A stretch of DNA of 55,358 bases from Fibrobacteria bacterium (GCA_050486505.1 JBJHDK010000009.1:1-55358), one strand, 5' to 3'; counted from the first letter of the stretch, positions 1 through 11,120 are shown. Notes: generated by a model from the letters alone, not told the origin. Numbers and translations are program-made.

Positions 1-1170
1 AGGCTGCGCACCTTCCTGACCATGCTCGGAATCGTCATCGGCGTGGCCGCGGTCATCGCCATGCTTGCCGTGGGGCGCGGCGCCGGCGACGCGATGAAAA
101 GCTCCATCGCCAGCCTGGGGACGAACGTCATCAACGTCTTCCCCGGCGCGCGCGGCCAAAGCGGGGCCCGGCTCGAAGCCGGAGCGGCAAGCCGCTTCCG
201 CGAGGATGACGTCGAGGCCGTGCGCCGCGAATCGCCGGCCGTTCTGTACATCTCGCCCATCGCGCGCACCATGGCGCAGGTGATGACGGGGGGTTCCAAC
301 GTTCGCACCACGGTGCTGGGGGCCTATCCGGAGTATCTCGACATCCGGCAATGGCCGCTTGCCGCCGGTATTCCGATGACGGCGCAACAAGAGCGGGGTG
401 CGGCAAAGGTGCTTGTGGTCGGCCGGACCGTGGCGGACAACCTCTTCGGGCCCGGATCGGATCCGGTGGGCCGCGATGTGCGCGTCAACAACCTGCCCTT
501 CAGGATCATCGGAGTGCTCGAGGAAAAGGGACAAGACAGCTTCGGGCGCGACCAGGACGACATCGTCATCGCGCCATTCTCGACGGTGCAGAAGAAGATC
601 ATGGGCAGCACCTTCGTGCATAGCATGATGGCCTCCGCCGTCTCGGAAGCCGCCATGCCGGAGGCCGCCGCGCAGGTCGAGGAAGTGCTGCGGCGACGCA
701 TGCGCATCCCCCCCGGCGTGGAATCCGACTTCCGCGTGCGCACCCAGACGGAAATCGCGGACGCGGCGACCGCCGTTTCGGGTGCACTGACCGTGCTGCT
801 GTCCAGCATCGCCGCGATCTCCCTGCTGGTCGGAGGCATCGGAATCATGAACATCATGCTCGTCTCCGTCACGGAACGGACGCGAGAAATCGGCATCCGT
901 CTCGCCGTGGGCGCGCGAGGACGCGACATCCTGCTGCAGTTTCTCGTCGAGGCCATGGCCATCAGCTTGATCGGGGGCCTCCTCGGAGTCGGTCTTGGTG
1001 TCGGGGTTTCCGCGATTCTCGCGGGAGTCCAGGGATGGGCCGTCACGGTCTCTCCCGGGTCGGTTGCCGTGGCCTTCGGCTTTGCCGCCGCGACGGGTAT
1101 CTTCTTCGGCTGGTACCCCGCCCGCAAGGCGGCAAGGTTGAACCCGATTGATGCGCTGAGGTATGAGTGA
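1..1170 (+). CDS. ABC transporter permease, MacB/FtsX family (5'-partial)
   Basis: Frame is open from base 1 (RLRTFLTMLGIVIGVAAVI). Contains LLVGGIGIMNIMLVSVTERTREIGIRLAVGA and ends YPARKAARLNPIDALRYE. Confidence 0.93.
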   Translation, partial: RLRTFLTMLGIVIGVAAVIAMLAVGRGAGDAMKSSIASLGTNVINVFPGARGQSGARLEAGAASRFREDDVEAVRRESPAVLYISPIARTMAQVMTGGSNVRTTVLGAYPEYLDIRQWPLAAGIPMTAQQERGAAKVLVVGRTVADNLFGPGSDPVGRDVRVNNLPFRIIGVLEEKGQDSFGRDQDDIVIAPFSTVQKKIMGSTFVHSMMASAVSEAAMPEAAAQVEEVLRRRMRIPPGVESDFRVRTQTEIADAATAVSGALTVLLSSIAAISLLVGGIGIMNIMLVSVTERTREIGIRLAVGARGRDILLQFLVEAMAISLIGGLLGVGLGVGVSAILAGVQGWAVTVSPGSVAVAFGFAAATGIFFGWYPARKAARLNPIDALRYE

Positions 1171-1172
1171 TG

Positions 1173-1331
1173 GGTAGGAGGTAAGAGGTAAGAGGTAAGA
1201 GGCAGGAGGTAAGAGGAGGAGGTAAGGGGTGCGGCTTCGAGTCTTCCCGTTGTGAGGAACGACACCGGGATGATGGCCACGGAGCATGTCACGCAGCTTC
1301 ACCCCTACCCCCTACCCCCTACCCCCTACCC
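1173..1331. repeat. Inverted heptamer-array element (GGTAAGA/GGTAGGA left arm; CCCCTAC right arm)
   Basis: Left arm 1173-1229 has ~8 degenerate units. Right arm 1301-1331 has ~4 units in inverted orientation. Confidence 0.8.
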
Positions 1332-1360
1332 AAACTAACGTAGACCACAGGGAGCACCCC

Positions 1361-2068
1361 ATGAAAATCAAAGTCCTTCTCATCGACGATGACCGCAAGC
1401 TTGCGGGGTTGTTGGCCGAATATTTGCAACGCTTCGACATCAACCTTGTCCACGCCGGAAACGGGGATGACGGACTGCGCCTGCTCCGTCAGGATCCGCG
1501 GCCCGATTGCGTGCTGCTCGACGTCATGCTGCCCGGCCGCGACGGCTTCGAGATCTGCCGCGAGATCCGGTCTTTCAGCGATGTGCCGGTGCTCATGCTC
1601 ACCGCGCGCGGAGAAGTCGCCGACCGCATCGTGGGACTCGAGATCGGAGCCGACGACTACCTTCCCAAGCCGTTCGAGCCGCGCGAACTTGCCGCGCGCA
1701 TCCAGGCGGTGCTGCGGCGCAAGCAGGCTCCCGCGCGGGGAGAGATCCTGCAATGCGGTGACCTCGAAATCGACATGGGAAAGCGCTCCGTCACGCGCCA
1801 CGGCGAAGACTTGCGCCTGACCGCGCTCGAGTTCGACGCCATGGCCGTGTTCGCGCGCTATCCCGGGGTGGTCCTGCACCGGGAGCGGCTTGTCGACCTG
1901 CTCAAGGGCGCGGAGTGGGACCCCGTGAACAGATCCCTTGATGTACTCGTCAGCCGGCTGCGGCAAAAGCTCGGAGACGATCCGCAAACCCCCCGCTATC
2001 TCAAGACCGTTCGGGGCACCGGATACCTGTTCCTGGGGGGGCTCGACGATGAAGAAAACGGCCACTAA
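1361..2068 (+). CDS. OmpR-family response regulator
   Basis: VLLIDDD, LLDVMLPG, GADDYLPKPF and winged helix YLKTVRGTGY. GGAG RBS precedes ATG 1361. Confidence 0.95.
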   Translation: MKIKVLLIDDDRKLAGLLAEYLQRFDINLVHAGNGDDGLRLLRQDPRPDCVLLDVMLPGRDGFEICREIRSFSDVPVLMLTARGEVADRIVGLEIGADDYLPKPFEPRELAARIQAVLRRKQAPARGEILQCGDLEIDMGKRSVTRHGEDLRLTALEFDAMAVFARYPGVVLHRERLVDLLKGAEWDPVNRSLDVLVSRLRQKLGDDPQTPRYLKTVRGTGYLFLGGLDDEENGH

Positions 2069-3431
2069 AGTGCAAGGCCGAAATCCCGGCAAGAATTTTC
2101 ATTCCCTGTTCTTCAAGCTTTTCGCCACGCTGCTGGGAACCTTGGCGCTGACGTTGCTTGCGCTGGCGCTGTTCTTTCGCCCCATCTGGAACCCGGAAAG
2201 CCGCGAAATCACGCGACAAAATCTTCGCCAGTACGCCGAACTTCTCACCCAGCAGATCGGCACTCCGCCTGACACCGTTCTCGCGGAACGCATGTCTCGC
2301 CGCCTCAAGCTCGGGATCGCAATCCTGGATCCCGACGGCCGCTGGTGGTTTTCCGGAAGCATCTCCGCGCCCATGCGCGAGCGGATCGAGGAACGGCACG
2401 CGGAACACTCCCGCATGCGCATCGAAAACCGGATGCGCGCCGAGGGGGATTCTTCCCGGGCGCGCATCCGCAAGGGGCGCATCGTGGCCACAGTTCCGCG
2501 CGAAGGCTACCGCTTCTTCTACGGCACCCGCCACCGCCAACCGGTGGAGATCCGCCCGCACGACTGGTTCCTGCTCCTGGGAGCCGTCTCGGGAATCGGC
2601 TTCCTCACGTGGATTCTCTTGCGCCGCCTTTTGCTTCCGGTCCGGGACCTCGCGCGTGGCGTGCGCGCGGTCGGAGAAGGCAACCTCGATGTTCGCATCC
2701 CCGAACGCGGCAAGGACGAACTCGGGGAACTCGCGACCGCCTTTAATGCCATGGCCGGTAACCTGAATGAGCGACTGCGCGCACGCGACCAGCTTCTGCT
2801 CGATGTCAGCCATGAATTGCGATCCCCCTTGACGCGCATGCGAGTCGCCCACGAGATGGCCCAGCCGGGGACGGCCGTGGACAGCCTGCGTGAGGAAATC
2901 ACCGCGCTCGACAGCATGATCACGGAGGTCCTGGAAACGGAGCGCATGCAGAGCGGCCCCGGACAGCTCAAAAGGCAGCCCACCGATCTGGCCGCACTCG
3001 TGGATGAAGTCGTCAAGGAGCATGAAGAGTCGGGCGCAGGCGTCGTGTGGCGCAAGCCCGCGGAGTTTCCCCCGGTCCGCTGCGATGCGGAACGGATGCG
3101 CCGTGTGGTCCGCAACCTCGTCACGAACGCGCAGAAGTACGGTGGCGACCCGGGGCTTCCGGTGGAAATGAGCTTGCGTACCGTGCCGGGGCCCAAAAGC
3201 CACGACGCGGTTCTCGAGGTACGGGACCACGGGCCGGGCATTCCTGATGCGGAAAAGAAGTTGGTATTCGAGCCCTTCTATCGCGTCGACCGCTCCCGTT
3301 CGCACGCCTCGGGCTACGGCTTGGGGCTGCCCCTGTGCAAGCGCATCCTCGAAGCGCACGGGGGGAGCATCACGATCGCGGACGCCGAGGGGGGCGGCAC
3401 GCGCGTCGTCGCACGGATTCCTGTCGCCTAG
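2049..3431 (+). CDS. Sensor histidine kinase (2 TM, HAMP, HisKA, HATPase)
   Basis: DVSHELRSPL H-box, NLVTNA, DHGPGI, GYGLGL. Overlaps the end of the regulator. Confidence 0.94.
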   Translation: MKKTATKVQGRNPGKNFHSLFFKLFATLLGTLALTLLALALFFRPIWNPESREITRQNLRQYAELLTQQIGTPPDTVLAERMSRRLKLGIAILDPDGRWWFSGSISAPMRERIEERHAEHSRMRIENRMRAEGDSSRARIRKGRIVATVPREGYRFFYGTRHRQPVEIRPHDWFLLLGAVSGIGFLTWILLRRLLLPVRDLARGVRAVGEGNLDVRIPERGKDELGELATAFNAMAGNLNERLRARDQLLLDVSHELRSPLTRMRVAHEMAQPGTAVDSLREEITALDSMITEVLETERMQSGPGQLKRQPTDLAALVDEVVKEHEESGAGVVWRKPAEFPPVRCDAERMRRVVRNLVTNAQKYGGDPGLPVEMSLRTVPGPKSHDAVLEVRDHGPGIPDAEKKLVFEPFYRVDRSRSHASGYGLGLPLCKRILEAHGGSITIADAEGGGTRVVARIPVA

Positions 3432-3452
3432 CCCGGGAGGCCTGTGGGCCGC

Positions 3453-4229
3453 TTACTCGCTTCCGGCGCGCTCACCGACCGGCTCGTTGCCCAGCAACGA
3501 CGCCGCGCCGTAATCGCGGTTCATGCGCGCGATGTGGTCGACCGAAATCTCCTTCGGGCAGGCGGCCTCGCACTCGTAGCGGTTCGAGCAATTCCCGAAC
3601 CCGAGTTCGTCCATCTTCGAAACCATGCGCACCACGCGCCTCTCGCGCTCAGGCTGTCCTTGCGGAAGGTGACCGAGGTGCGAAACCTTGGCGGAGACAA
3701 AAAGCATCGCCGATGCATTGGGGCAAGCCGCCACGCAGGCGCCGCAACCGATGCAGGCGGCCGCATCCATCGCGACGTCGGCATCGCACTTGCGCACGGG
3801 CAGGGAGTTCGCATCGGGTGCGCTTCCGGTCTTGGCCGTGACGAACCCCCCGGCCGCGATGATTGCATCGAAGGCGGAGCGATCCACCACCAGATCCTTG
3901 ACCACGGGAAACGCCTTGGCGCGCCACGGCTCGACCGTGATGGTCTGCCCGTCCTCGAAGCGGCGCATGAAGAGCTGACACACCGTCACGCCCTTCTCGG
4001 AACCGTGCGGAAGACCGTTCACCACCAGTGAGCATGTGCCGCAAATGCCTTCACGACAATCGCTCTCGAAGGCAACCGCCTCCTCGCCCTTGCGAATCAG
4101 GTCATTGTTCACCTCATCGAGCATCTCGAGGAAGGACATGTCGGGGGACACGTTCTCGGCGACCACTTCGCGAAAGGCTCCCTTCGCGGACGGCCCCGCC
4201 TGGGTCCAGAGTCTGAGTTGAAAATTCAT
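3453..4229 (-). CDS. sdhB: Succinate dehydrogenase/fumarate reductase Fe-S subunit
   Basis: [33 protein letters not shown]. Confidence 0.95.
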   Translation of the reverse strand: MNFQLRLWTQAGPSAKGAFREVVAENVSPDMSFLEMLDEVNNDLIRKGEEAVAFESDCREGICGTCSLVVNGLPHGSEKGVTVCQLFMRRFEDGQTITVEPWRAKAFPVVKDLVVDRSAFDAIIAAGGFVTAKTGSAPDANSLPVRKCDADVAMDAAACIGCGACVAACPNASAMLFVSAKVSHLGHLPQGQPERERRVVRMVSKMDELGFGNCSNRYECEAACPKEISVDHIARMNRDYGAASLLGNEPVGERAGSE

Positions 4230-4259
4230 GGTGTGATTTCCCTGTGGTCTCTGCATCGG

Positions 4260-4358
4260 CAGTGGATAGTGTACAGTGTGCAGTGGACAATTGGTGGCCG
4301 GAAACCCAACACCCCTCTGTCACACCTGCAATTCACCGTCCACTGTTCACTGTTCACT
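4260..4358. repeat. Inverted heptamer-array element (CAGTGGA-like / CACTGTT)
   Basis: Left cagtggatagtgtacagtgtgcagtggacaattgg and right ccgtccactgttcactgttcact, lying between sdhA and sdhB. Confidence 0.7.
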
Positions 4359-6271
4359 TACTTATAGCTCCTCTGCGTGAGCTTCACGTTCTCGAACACG
4401 AGCGGCTCCTTGTGCAGCACGGGCGTCTCACCGACCCCCTTGTGCTCCCAGGCCGCCACATGACAGAAATTCTCATCGTCGCGCAAGGCCTCGTTCTCCG
4501 GGGTCTGCGACTCCTCGCGGAAGTGCCCCCCGCAGGATTCCTTGCGGGTCAGGGCGTCGAGTGCCATGAGTTCCCCGAACTCCAGGAAATCCGCCACGCG
4601 CCCCGCCTCTTCGAGGGCCATGTTGTAGTCCCCCCCGTGTCCGGTGACGCTCACATCGCGCCAGAACTCCTCGCGGATGCGCGGGATTTCTTCGAGGGCA
4701 CGCTTGAGTCCGGCCTCGTTGCGGGCCATGCCGCACTCGTTCCAGAGAACCTTGCCCAACCTGCGATGGAATTCCACCGCGGGTGTACCGCCCTTCACGC
4801 CCAGCAGGCGATTGAGACGCTCGCGCACGGCGTTTTCCGCATCGGTAAAGGCGGCGTGATCCGTAGAGATCTTCGGCAGCGCGTTCGAGGCGAGATAGTG
4901 CCCCAAGGTCTGCGAGATCACGAAGTAGCCGTCGGCGAGGCCCTGCATGAGCGCACTCGCGCCCAGGCGGTTCGCGCCGTGGTCCGAGAAGTTGGCCTCG
5001 CCGAGCACATGTAATCCCGGAACCGTGCTCATGAGGTTGTAATCGACCCACAGGCCGCCCATGGTGTAGTGGACGGCGGGGAAGATCCGCATCGGAACCC
5101 TGTAGGGGTTCTCGTCGGTGATCTTCTCGTACATGTGGAACAGGTTGCCGTACTTCTCGCGGATCTTGTCTTCACCCAGCCGCTTGATGGCGTCCGCGAA
5201 GTCGAGATAGACCGCGAGGCCGGAAGCACCCACTCCGAGACCTTCATCGCAGACCTGCTTGGCGTTGCGCGAGGCCACGTCGCGGGGCACGAGATTCCCG
5301 AAACTGGGATACTTCTCTTCGAGGAAATAGAACCGGTCCGCTTCGGGAATCTCCGCGGGCCGCCGGGAATCTTCCCGGTTCCGGGGAACCCAGACGCGCC
5401 CGTCGTTGCGCAGGCTCTCCGACATGAGGGTGAGCTTGCTCTGGTGATCGCCCGCGACCGGGATGCAGGTCGGGTGGATCTGGGTGAAACAGGGGTTGGC
5501 GAAGGCCGCGCCCCGCTTGTGCGCCCGCCACGCCGCGGTGACGTTGGAGCCCGCCGCATTGGTGGAGAGGTAAAAGGCGCGGCCGTATCCTCCGGTCGCG
5601 AGCAACACGGCGTCGCCCTCGTGGCGTTCAAGTTCACCGGTGACAAGGTTGCGCACGATGATGCCGCGCGCCACGCCGTCCACGACCACGAGGTCGAGCA
5701 TCTCCCGGCGGGCGTGCAGCTTGACCTGCCCCGTGCCGACCTGACGCATCATGGTCTGATAAGCGCCCAGCAACAACTGCTGTCCGGTTTGCCCCCGCGC
5801 GTAGAAGGTCCGGGAAACCTGCGCCCCGCCGAAGGAGCGGTTGTCGAGCAAACCGCCGTATTCACGGGCGAAGGGAACCCCCAAGGCCACGCAATGGTCG
5901 ATGATGGCGGTGCTGATCTCCGCAAGCCGATTGTCATTGGCCTCGCGGGCGCGGAAGTCGCCGGCCTTTACCGTGTCGTAGAACAGGCGTCGCACGCTGT
6001 CGCCGTCGTTGGGGTAATCCTTCGCCGCGTTGATGCCGCCCTGGGCTGCGATGCTGTGCGCGCGGCGCGGGCTGTCGTGGAAGGTGAAGGCATGCACGTT
6101 GTAGCCCAGCTCGCCGAGACTGGCCGCGGCGGAGGCTCCCGCCAACCCGGTGCCGACCACGAGAACCTTGTGCTTGCGCTTGTTGGCAGGATTCACCAGC
6201 TTCATGTTGAAGCGGTGGTCGGTCCATTTCCGTTCGATGGAGCCGGAGGGAATCTTCGAGTCGAGAATCAT
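4358..6271 (-). CDS. sdhA: Succinate dehydrogenase/fumarate reductase flavoprotein subunit
   Basis: [47 protein letters not shown]. Confidence 0.96.
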   Translation of the reverse strand: MILDSKIPSGSIERKWTDHRFNMKLVNPANKRKHKVLVVGTGLAGASAAASLGELGYNVHAFTFHDSPRRAHSIAAQGGINAAKDYPNDGDSVRRLFYDTVKAGDFRAREANDNRLAEISTAIIDHCVALGVPFAREYGGLLDNRSFGGAQVSRTFYARGQTGQQLLLGAYQTMMRQVGTGQVKLHARREMLDLVVVDGVARGIIVRNLVTGELERHEGDAVLLATGGYGRAFYLSTNAAGSNVTAAWRAHKRGAAFANPCFTQIHPTCIPVAGDHQSKLTLMSESLRNDGRVWVPRNREDSRRPAEIPEADRFYFLEEKYPSFGNLVPRDVASRNAKQVCDEGLGVGASGLAVYLDFADAIKRLGEDKIREKYGNLFHMYEKITDENPYRVPMRIFPAVHYTMGGLWVDYNLMSTVPGLHVLGEANFSDHGANRLGASALMQGLADGYFVISQTLGHYLASNALPKISTDHAAFTDAENAVRERLNRLLGVKGGTPAVEFHRRLGKVLWNECGMARNEAGLKRALEEIPRIREEFWRDVSVTGHGGDYNMALEEAGRVADFLEFGELMALDALTRKESCGGHFREESQTPENEALRDDENFCHVAAWEHKGVGETPVLHKEPLVFENVKLTQRSYK

Positions 6272-6960
6272 GCGGAGACTCCCCCTTGCAGGTAGATCCA
6301 AACGGCGAGCGCTGCGAAGCCGCCGCACACGAGGACCGCGTAGGCGAAGGATAACGCGCGCAGCGCACCGTTGTGGCGCGGATGGTTGAGCCCTAGGCTC
6401 TGCAGGCTGCTCTGCACTCCGTGCGCGAGGTGCGTGAACAGCAGGGCGAAACTGGCGACGTAGAAAAGCGTGAACCAGCCGTTGGCGAAGGAGCGCATCA
6501 CCTCGGCGTAAAGGTCGCGCATCACCACCCCGTCATAGGTGACGAGGGGGGCCGCCCTGTAGGCATCAAACCTGAAATGGGGAACGTGAACGAGCACGAA
6601 GACGAGAAGCCACGTGCCCGAAAGCATCATGTAGCGCGCATAGATGCGCTTCTTGCCCGACTTCACGGCATCGACGGCGTAACGCCCGGGCCGCGCGGCG
6701 CGGTTCTCCAGCGTCAGCTGCAAGCCGAGATAGACGTGGAGGAGAAAGGCTCCGAGCAGCACGAACTCGATCGGCACCACGACCTTTTTCAGGGTGTGGA
6801 GCATGAGGTAGCCGTACTTGTTGAAGTACTCCGGGCCATTGAGCAGCCCGAAGTTCCCGATGAGGTGGATCAAAAGAAAGCCGTACAGGACGATGCCGCT
6901 GGCACCCATCACCTGCTTGCGGCCCACCGAGGAGCGGAAATAGGCGATGACGGGATTCAT
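6268..6960 (-). CDS. sdhC: Succinate dehydrogenase cytochrome b subunit (b558 family)
   Basis: [22 protein letters not shown] and ~5 TM helices. ATGA overlap with sdhA. Confidence 0.92.
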   Translation of the reverse strand: MNPVIAYFRSSVGRKQVMGASGIVLYGFLLIHLIGNFGLLNGPEYFNKYGYLMLHTLKKVVVPIEFVLLGAFLLHVYLGLQLTLENRAARPGRYAVDAVKSGKKRIYARYMMLSGTWLLVFVLVHVPHFRFDAYRAAPLVTYDGVVMRDLYAEVMRSFANGWFTLFYVASFALLFTHLAHGVQSSLQSLGLNHPRHNGALRALSFAYAVLVCGGFAALAVWIYLQGGVSA

Positions 6961-8147
6961 GCGCCGGCCTGGATGCGTTCTTCGGGGACATCCGCGGCGT
7001 AATCGACGCCGTCGATGCCGAACCCGAACAGGCGAAGAAAGTCGTCGCGATATCCCGTTCCGTCGGCCCACTCGGCCAGGTTGCCGGTGTCGACCTTCGC
7101 CCACATACGCTTGACTTCCGCCTGCACGTCGTCGCGCATTTCCCAGTCATCGACCCGGATGCGGCCCTTTTCGTCGACGGGGATCGGGCCGCCGGTATAG
7201 AGGCGTTCCCTGAAGAGGCGGTTCACCTGCTCGATGCACCCCTCATGAAGCCCCTTTTCCTTCATCACCTTGTAGAGGATGCTGATGTAGAGCGGCATGA
7301 AAGGAATTGCCGAGCTGGCCTGGGTCACCAAGGCCTTGTTGACCGAAACATGCGCCGAACCGCCGATGGCGTCGAGCTTCTCATGCAGCTTGATGGCGGT
7401 GTCCTCGAGATGATCCTTCGCTGCGCCGATCGTCCCGTTGCGGTAGACCGGCTGGGTCACGTCGGGCCCGATGTAGGAGTAAGCCAGCACCTTGGCACCG
7501 GGGGCGAGCAACCCTTCCTTCAGCAAGCGGTCCGTCCACATCTCCCAGTCCTCGCCGCCCATCACCTGGATGGTGCTCTCGACCTCTTCGGGCGAGGCGG
7601 GGTCCAAGGTGACCTCGCTGACGACGCCGGTGTTGAAGTCGAGGGTCTTGTTGGTGTACGACGCACCGATGGGCTTGAGCGTGGAACGATAGGTCGCACC
7701 GGTGACGGGGTGGGTGCGGCGCGGCGCGGCTAGGCTGTAGACGAAGAGGTCCACCGGACCGAGGTCCTTTTTCAGGATCTCGATCACCTCATCCTTCATC
7801 GACTCTGCGAAAGCGTCGCCGTTGAGGCTTTTGGCGTAGATCCCTTCCCGCGCGGCGGCTTCCTCGACGGCGACCGTCTGGTACCAGCCGGGCGAAGCCG
7901 TTCGACCGCGCTCGGGGCCGCGCTCGAAGGAAACCCCCAGCGTCCCGGCCCCGGAACCGAAGGCTGCCGCGATGCGCGAGGCCAGGCCGTAACCCGTCGA
8001 AGCTCCGACAATCAAGGCCTTGCGCGGGCCTCCTGCCACCGGGCCTCCGGCGCGCACGTGGCGGATTTGTTCCTCCACGGAAGCACGGCACCCTTCGGGA
8101 TGCGCGGTCGTGCACAAAAAGCCTCGGATCTTCGGTTCAATGATCAT
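6957..8147 (-). CDS. fabV: Enoyl-ACP/trans-2-enoyl-CoA reductase FabV
   Basis: MIIEPKIRGFLCTTAHPEGC, GASTGYGLASRI, YSLAAPRR, VMGGEDW, HEGCIEQ. Confidence 0.95.
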   Translation of the reverse strand: MIIEPKIRGFLCTTAHPEGCRASVEEQIRHVRAGGPVAGGPRKALIVGASTGYGLASRIAAAFGSGAGTLGVSFERGPERGRTASPGWYQTVAVEEAAAREGIYAKSLNGDAFAESMKDEVIEILKKDLGPVDLFVYSLAAPRRTHPVTGATYRSTLKPIGASYTNKTLDFNTGVVSEVTLDPASPEEVESTIQVMGGEDWEMWTDRLLKEGLLAPGAKVLAYSYIGPDVTQPVYRNGTIGAAKDHLEDTAIKLHEKLDAIGGSAHVSVNKALVTQASSAIPFMPLYISILYKVMKEKGLHEGCIEQVNRLFRERLYTGGPIPVDEKGRIRVDDWEMRDDVQAEVKRMWAKVDTGNLAEWADGTGYRDDFLRLFGFGIDGVDYAADVPEERIQAGA

Positions 8148-8392
8148 GCGTGTCTCTCCAGACTTCGGGCGTCGCGGCCACGCCGCAAGAGTCCCCGCGG
8201 CACGGCAAAAAACAAGGAAAAAACTAGCTCATGCGCCCGCCTTTGGGAACCGGGAAAATCGCTCCCCAAGCCAGGCCACCGGGAAAATGCGCGGGGGGGT
8301 AGACTATCTTTGCGCGCATTCATTCCGGCCGGAACGCGTCCGCGGACAACTCCCCGGGAGTCCCGTCGCCGGCCCAACAGGGAGCCAGCCAC

Positions 8393-9511
8393 ATGAAGTT
8401 CGAGGCCCAAAAACCGGTTTTCCTGGACGCGCTGCAGATGGCCTGCAACGCCATCCCCAGCAAGACGACCCTGCAGATCCTCTACAACCTGCTTTTCGAG
8501 CTCAAGGGAAACGAGTTGGAGATCAGGGCGACGGATCTCGACATGACCATCGTGCTCAAGCTGGAGGTCGAGGGGCACGAGGACGGCTCCATCGTGGTCA
8601 ACGCACGCAAGCTGCTCGAGGTGGTCAAGGAACTTCCCGACTTTCCGGTCATCGTCTCGGCCGACGACTACTTGTTCAGCGTGCGCTCAGAATCGGGCTT
8701 CCAGGGAAACCTCACCGGCTACGACGCTTCCGAGTACCCCGCCCTGCCAGAAATCGGGCACGGCAAGGTCTTCCGCGCCCCTCTGAAGGACCTCCGCTTC
8801 CTCGCGGACAAGACCCTGTTCGCCGTCTCCACAGACTTCAGCCGCATGAGCCTCACGGGCGTCTATTGCGAAGGCAAGGAAGGCCGTTTCGAGATGGTCT
8901 CGACCGATGGGCACCGCTTCGGCAAGGCGTGGATCGCACTGGCGGGCACCACCCTCAAACCCGGCGTAATCCTCCCGCCCAAGTCCCTGTCGCAGGTTTT
9001 GCGCATGTCCGAAGACACGGACGAGGAAATCGAAATCGAGATCGGCAGCGCCCAGGCACGTTTCAGCACGCCGACCATCACCATCCTCACCAAGCTGATC
9101 GACGGCCCCTACCCGAATTACGAGAACGTGGTTCCGAAGGAATTCGCCCGCGTCATGCGTTGCAACCGCGAAGTGCTGATGCAGGTGCTCCGCCGTGTTT
9201 CCACGATGGCCAACGCGAAGACGCGCCTTGTGGTGTTCGGTTTCCAGGAAAAAGAACTCCAGCTCTCCGCGAAGAACGCGGACATCGGGGGCGACTCCGA
9301 GGAAACGATCTCCGTGGAGTACACGGGGGAACCCGTGGAGGTGGGAGTCAATGCGACCTACCTCCTCGAGGAGTTGCGCCTCGCCCACAGCGAGGAAATC
9401 CTGTTCAAATTCAACACCCCCCTCGGCGCGATCGTGATCGAACCGGCCGTGGAGTCCCCCGACTATTTCTTCATCGTGATGCCCCTGCGCATCCTCAAGG
9501 AACCCGCATGA
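8393..9511 (+). CDS. dnaN: DNA polymerase III beta sliding clamp
   Basis: ATDLD, STDGHR, KLIDGPYPNYENVVP, C-terminal IVMPLR. 372 aa. Confidence 0.95.
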   Translation: MKFEAQKPVFLDALQMACNAIPSKTTLQILYNLLFELKGNELEIRATDLDMTIVLKLEVEGHEDGSIVVNARKLLEVVKELPDFPVIVSADDYLFSVRSESGFQGNLTGYDASEYPALPEIGHGKVFRAPLKDLRFLADKTLFAVSTDFSRMSLTGVYCEGKEGRFEMVSTDGHRFGKAWIALAGTTLKPGVILPPKSLSQVLRMSEDTDEEIEIEIGSAQARFSTPTITILTKLIDGPYPNYENVVPKEFARVMRCNREVLMQVLRRVSTMANAKTRLVVFGFQEKELQLSAKNADIGGDSEETISVEYTGEPVEVGVNATYLLEELRLAHSEEILFKFNTPLGAIVIEPAVESPDYFFIVMPLRILKEPA

Positions 9512-10365
9512 TGCGAGCCCGGTTTTTGGCTTCCGCCGCCCCGCTCTTCGCGATTCTCGCACTCCCCTTCTTTCTCGCCGCTTGCGGCCAGCGTGACGAT
9601 GCGCCGCGCGATGCCGATGCGGATGAGGTGCCTGCCGCCGGCGCCGCGGCGGAATACGCCCCCGACCTGGAAGGCATGTCGCAGCATGATGCCGGCATCG
9701 CGGCGATCTTCGCCATCCTCTCGGGCGACCTCGACACGATCCGTCCGCATTTCGAGGAAGAAATCCGCCCGAACCTTTCCGCCGAACACGCGACAATCCT
9801 TCACGGGCAATTCGCCTGGCTCTATGACCTGATCGGCGGAGAGTTCGTGCAACACATGACCGGGTGGAGTCTCTTCCCCGACAGCACACCCGGGTTTTTC
9901 AGGGAATACCGGATGGCGAACGAGACCAACAAGCGCGCGCCCTTTATCGTCATTCACCTCGTTTTCGCAGATTCCGTGACCCCCTACGTGGCAGGCGCCC
10001 AGGTGAAAAACTTCCTGGGCATGGGCCAAGAGAAGCGGATTCAGGAATCACAAACCTGGCGCGTTGGCGGGAAGGACATCGAAATCCACGAAGTCAAGCT
10101 TGTCGAAACCGATAGCGGCAGCATGCTGGCCGTCATGTTCTTCGACGACAACAACCTCCCTCTCGAGACCCAGGAACACGTGAAGGAACGCGGAATTCCG
10201 GTTGCCCGCGCAGCGGTTGCCCGTGGCCTGCTCGACTCCGCGCGCACGGCCATGCCGGGGCGCACCATTCTGAAGGATATCGGTGTCGGCTTCATTCGGG
10301 ACGATCCGAAGTTCGGTCACACCCAGATCAAAATCGGTTTCGCCCCCGAAGATTATTTGAAGTAG
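9508..10365 (+). CDS. Hypothetical lipoprotein
   Basis: Lipobox FLAAC after a hydrophobic signal. ATGA overlap with the dnaN stop. Confidence 0.75.
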   Translation: MMRARFLASAAPLFAILALPFFLAACGQRDDAPRDADADEVPAAGAAAEYAPDLEGMSQHDAGIAAIFAILSGDLDTIRPHFEEEIRPNLSAEHATILHGQFAWLYDLIGGEFVQHMTGWSLFPDSTPGFFREYRMANETNKRAPFIVIHLVFADSVTPYVAGAQVKNFLGMGQEKRIQESQTWRVGGKDIEIHEVKLVETDSGSMLAVMFFDDNNLPLETQEHVKERGIPVARAAVARGLLDSARTAMPGRTILKDIGVGFIRDDPKFGHTQIKIGFAPEDYLK

Positions 10366-10378
10366 CGATTCGGGCGGT

Positions 10379-11068
10379 TTACTCCGCCCCGTACTCGCTG
10401 CGGTAGGCGCGCATGCGTTCCAGCAGCGACGCGTCGTGTGCGAGGTAGCTCGCGCCTTCATCCGTCCCGAGAAACGCGATCAGGTCGAGCACCGAGACGA
10501 TCGCCGTCGTCTTGAGGCCGAAGTCCTCGCGGATTTCGCGGAGTGCGGGACGATCGCCCGCCCCTTTCTCCATGCGGTCGACCGAAACGACGAGCCCCAC
10601 GGCCTTCGCCTTGCCCCCGGCCTCGATCAACGGAAGGGACTCGCGCACCGAAGTGCCTGCGGTGGTGACATCCTCGACCAGCACCACACGGCAGGGAGAA
10701 CCTCCCTCCCACCCGGCGTAGTCGAAACCCACAAGCGCCCCCCCCTCTCCATGGTCTTTCGCTTCCTTGCGGTTGAAGGTCACGGTGACGTCGTGCCCAT
10801 GCTTGCGCTGTAGCGCCATCGAGGCCGCAACCGCCAACGGAATGCCCTTGTAGGCGGGGCCGAAGAGGTTATCGAATTCCGTACCGTGCGCTTCCCGGAT
10901 CGCGTCGGCATAGAACTCCCCGAGCCGCCCGAGGTGCCCGCCGGTGCGGTAGGCGCCGGTGTTGATGAAGTACGGCGTCTTGCGCCCGCTCTTGGTGGTG
11001 AAGTCGCCGAAGCGCAACGCGCCCGCGGAGAGCATGAAGCGGATGAAGGCTGCCTTGGGTTCTTGCAT
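10379..11068 (-). CDS. pyrE: Orotate phosphoribosyltransferase
   Basis: FGDFTTKSGR, GPAYKGIP, NRKEAKDHGEGG, VEDVTTAGTS. Confidence 0.96.
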   Translation of the reverse strand: MQEPKAAFIRFMLSAGALRFGDFTTKSGRKTPYFINTGAYRTGGHLGRLGEFYADAIREAHGTEFDNLFGPAYKGIPLAVAASMALQRKHGHDVTVTFNRKEAKDHGEGGALVGFDYAGWEGGSPCRVVLVEDVTTAGTSVRESLPLIEAGGKAKAVGLVVSVDRMEKGAGDRPALREIREDFGLKTTAIVSVLDLIAFLGTDEGASYLAHDASLLERMRAYRSEYGAE

Positions 11069-11120
11069 GGGGGGAATCGCTCCTGTCGGCGCGGTGTCAG
11101 GGGTTCGGGACGGGCAAAGT

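Noticed and set aside
8020..9507. N-terminal ~500 aa of the 781-aa ORF
   Set aside because: It overlaps dnaN out of frame with Arg/Gly/Pro-rich content. The real gene starts at 9508 with a lipoprotein signal.
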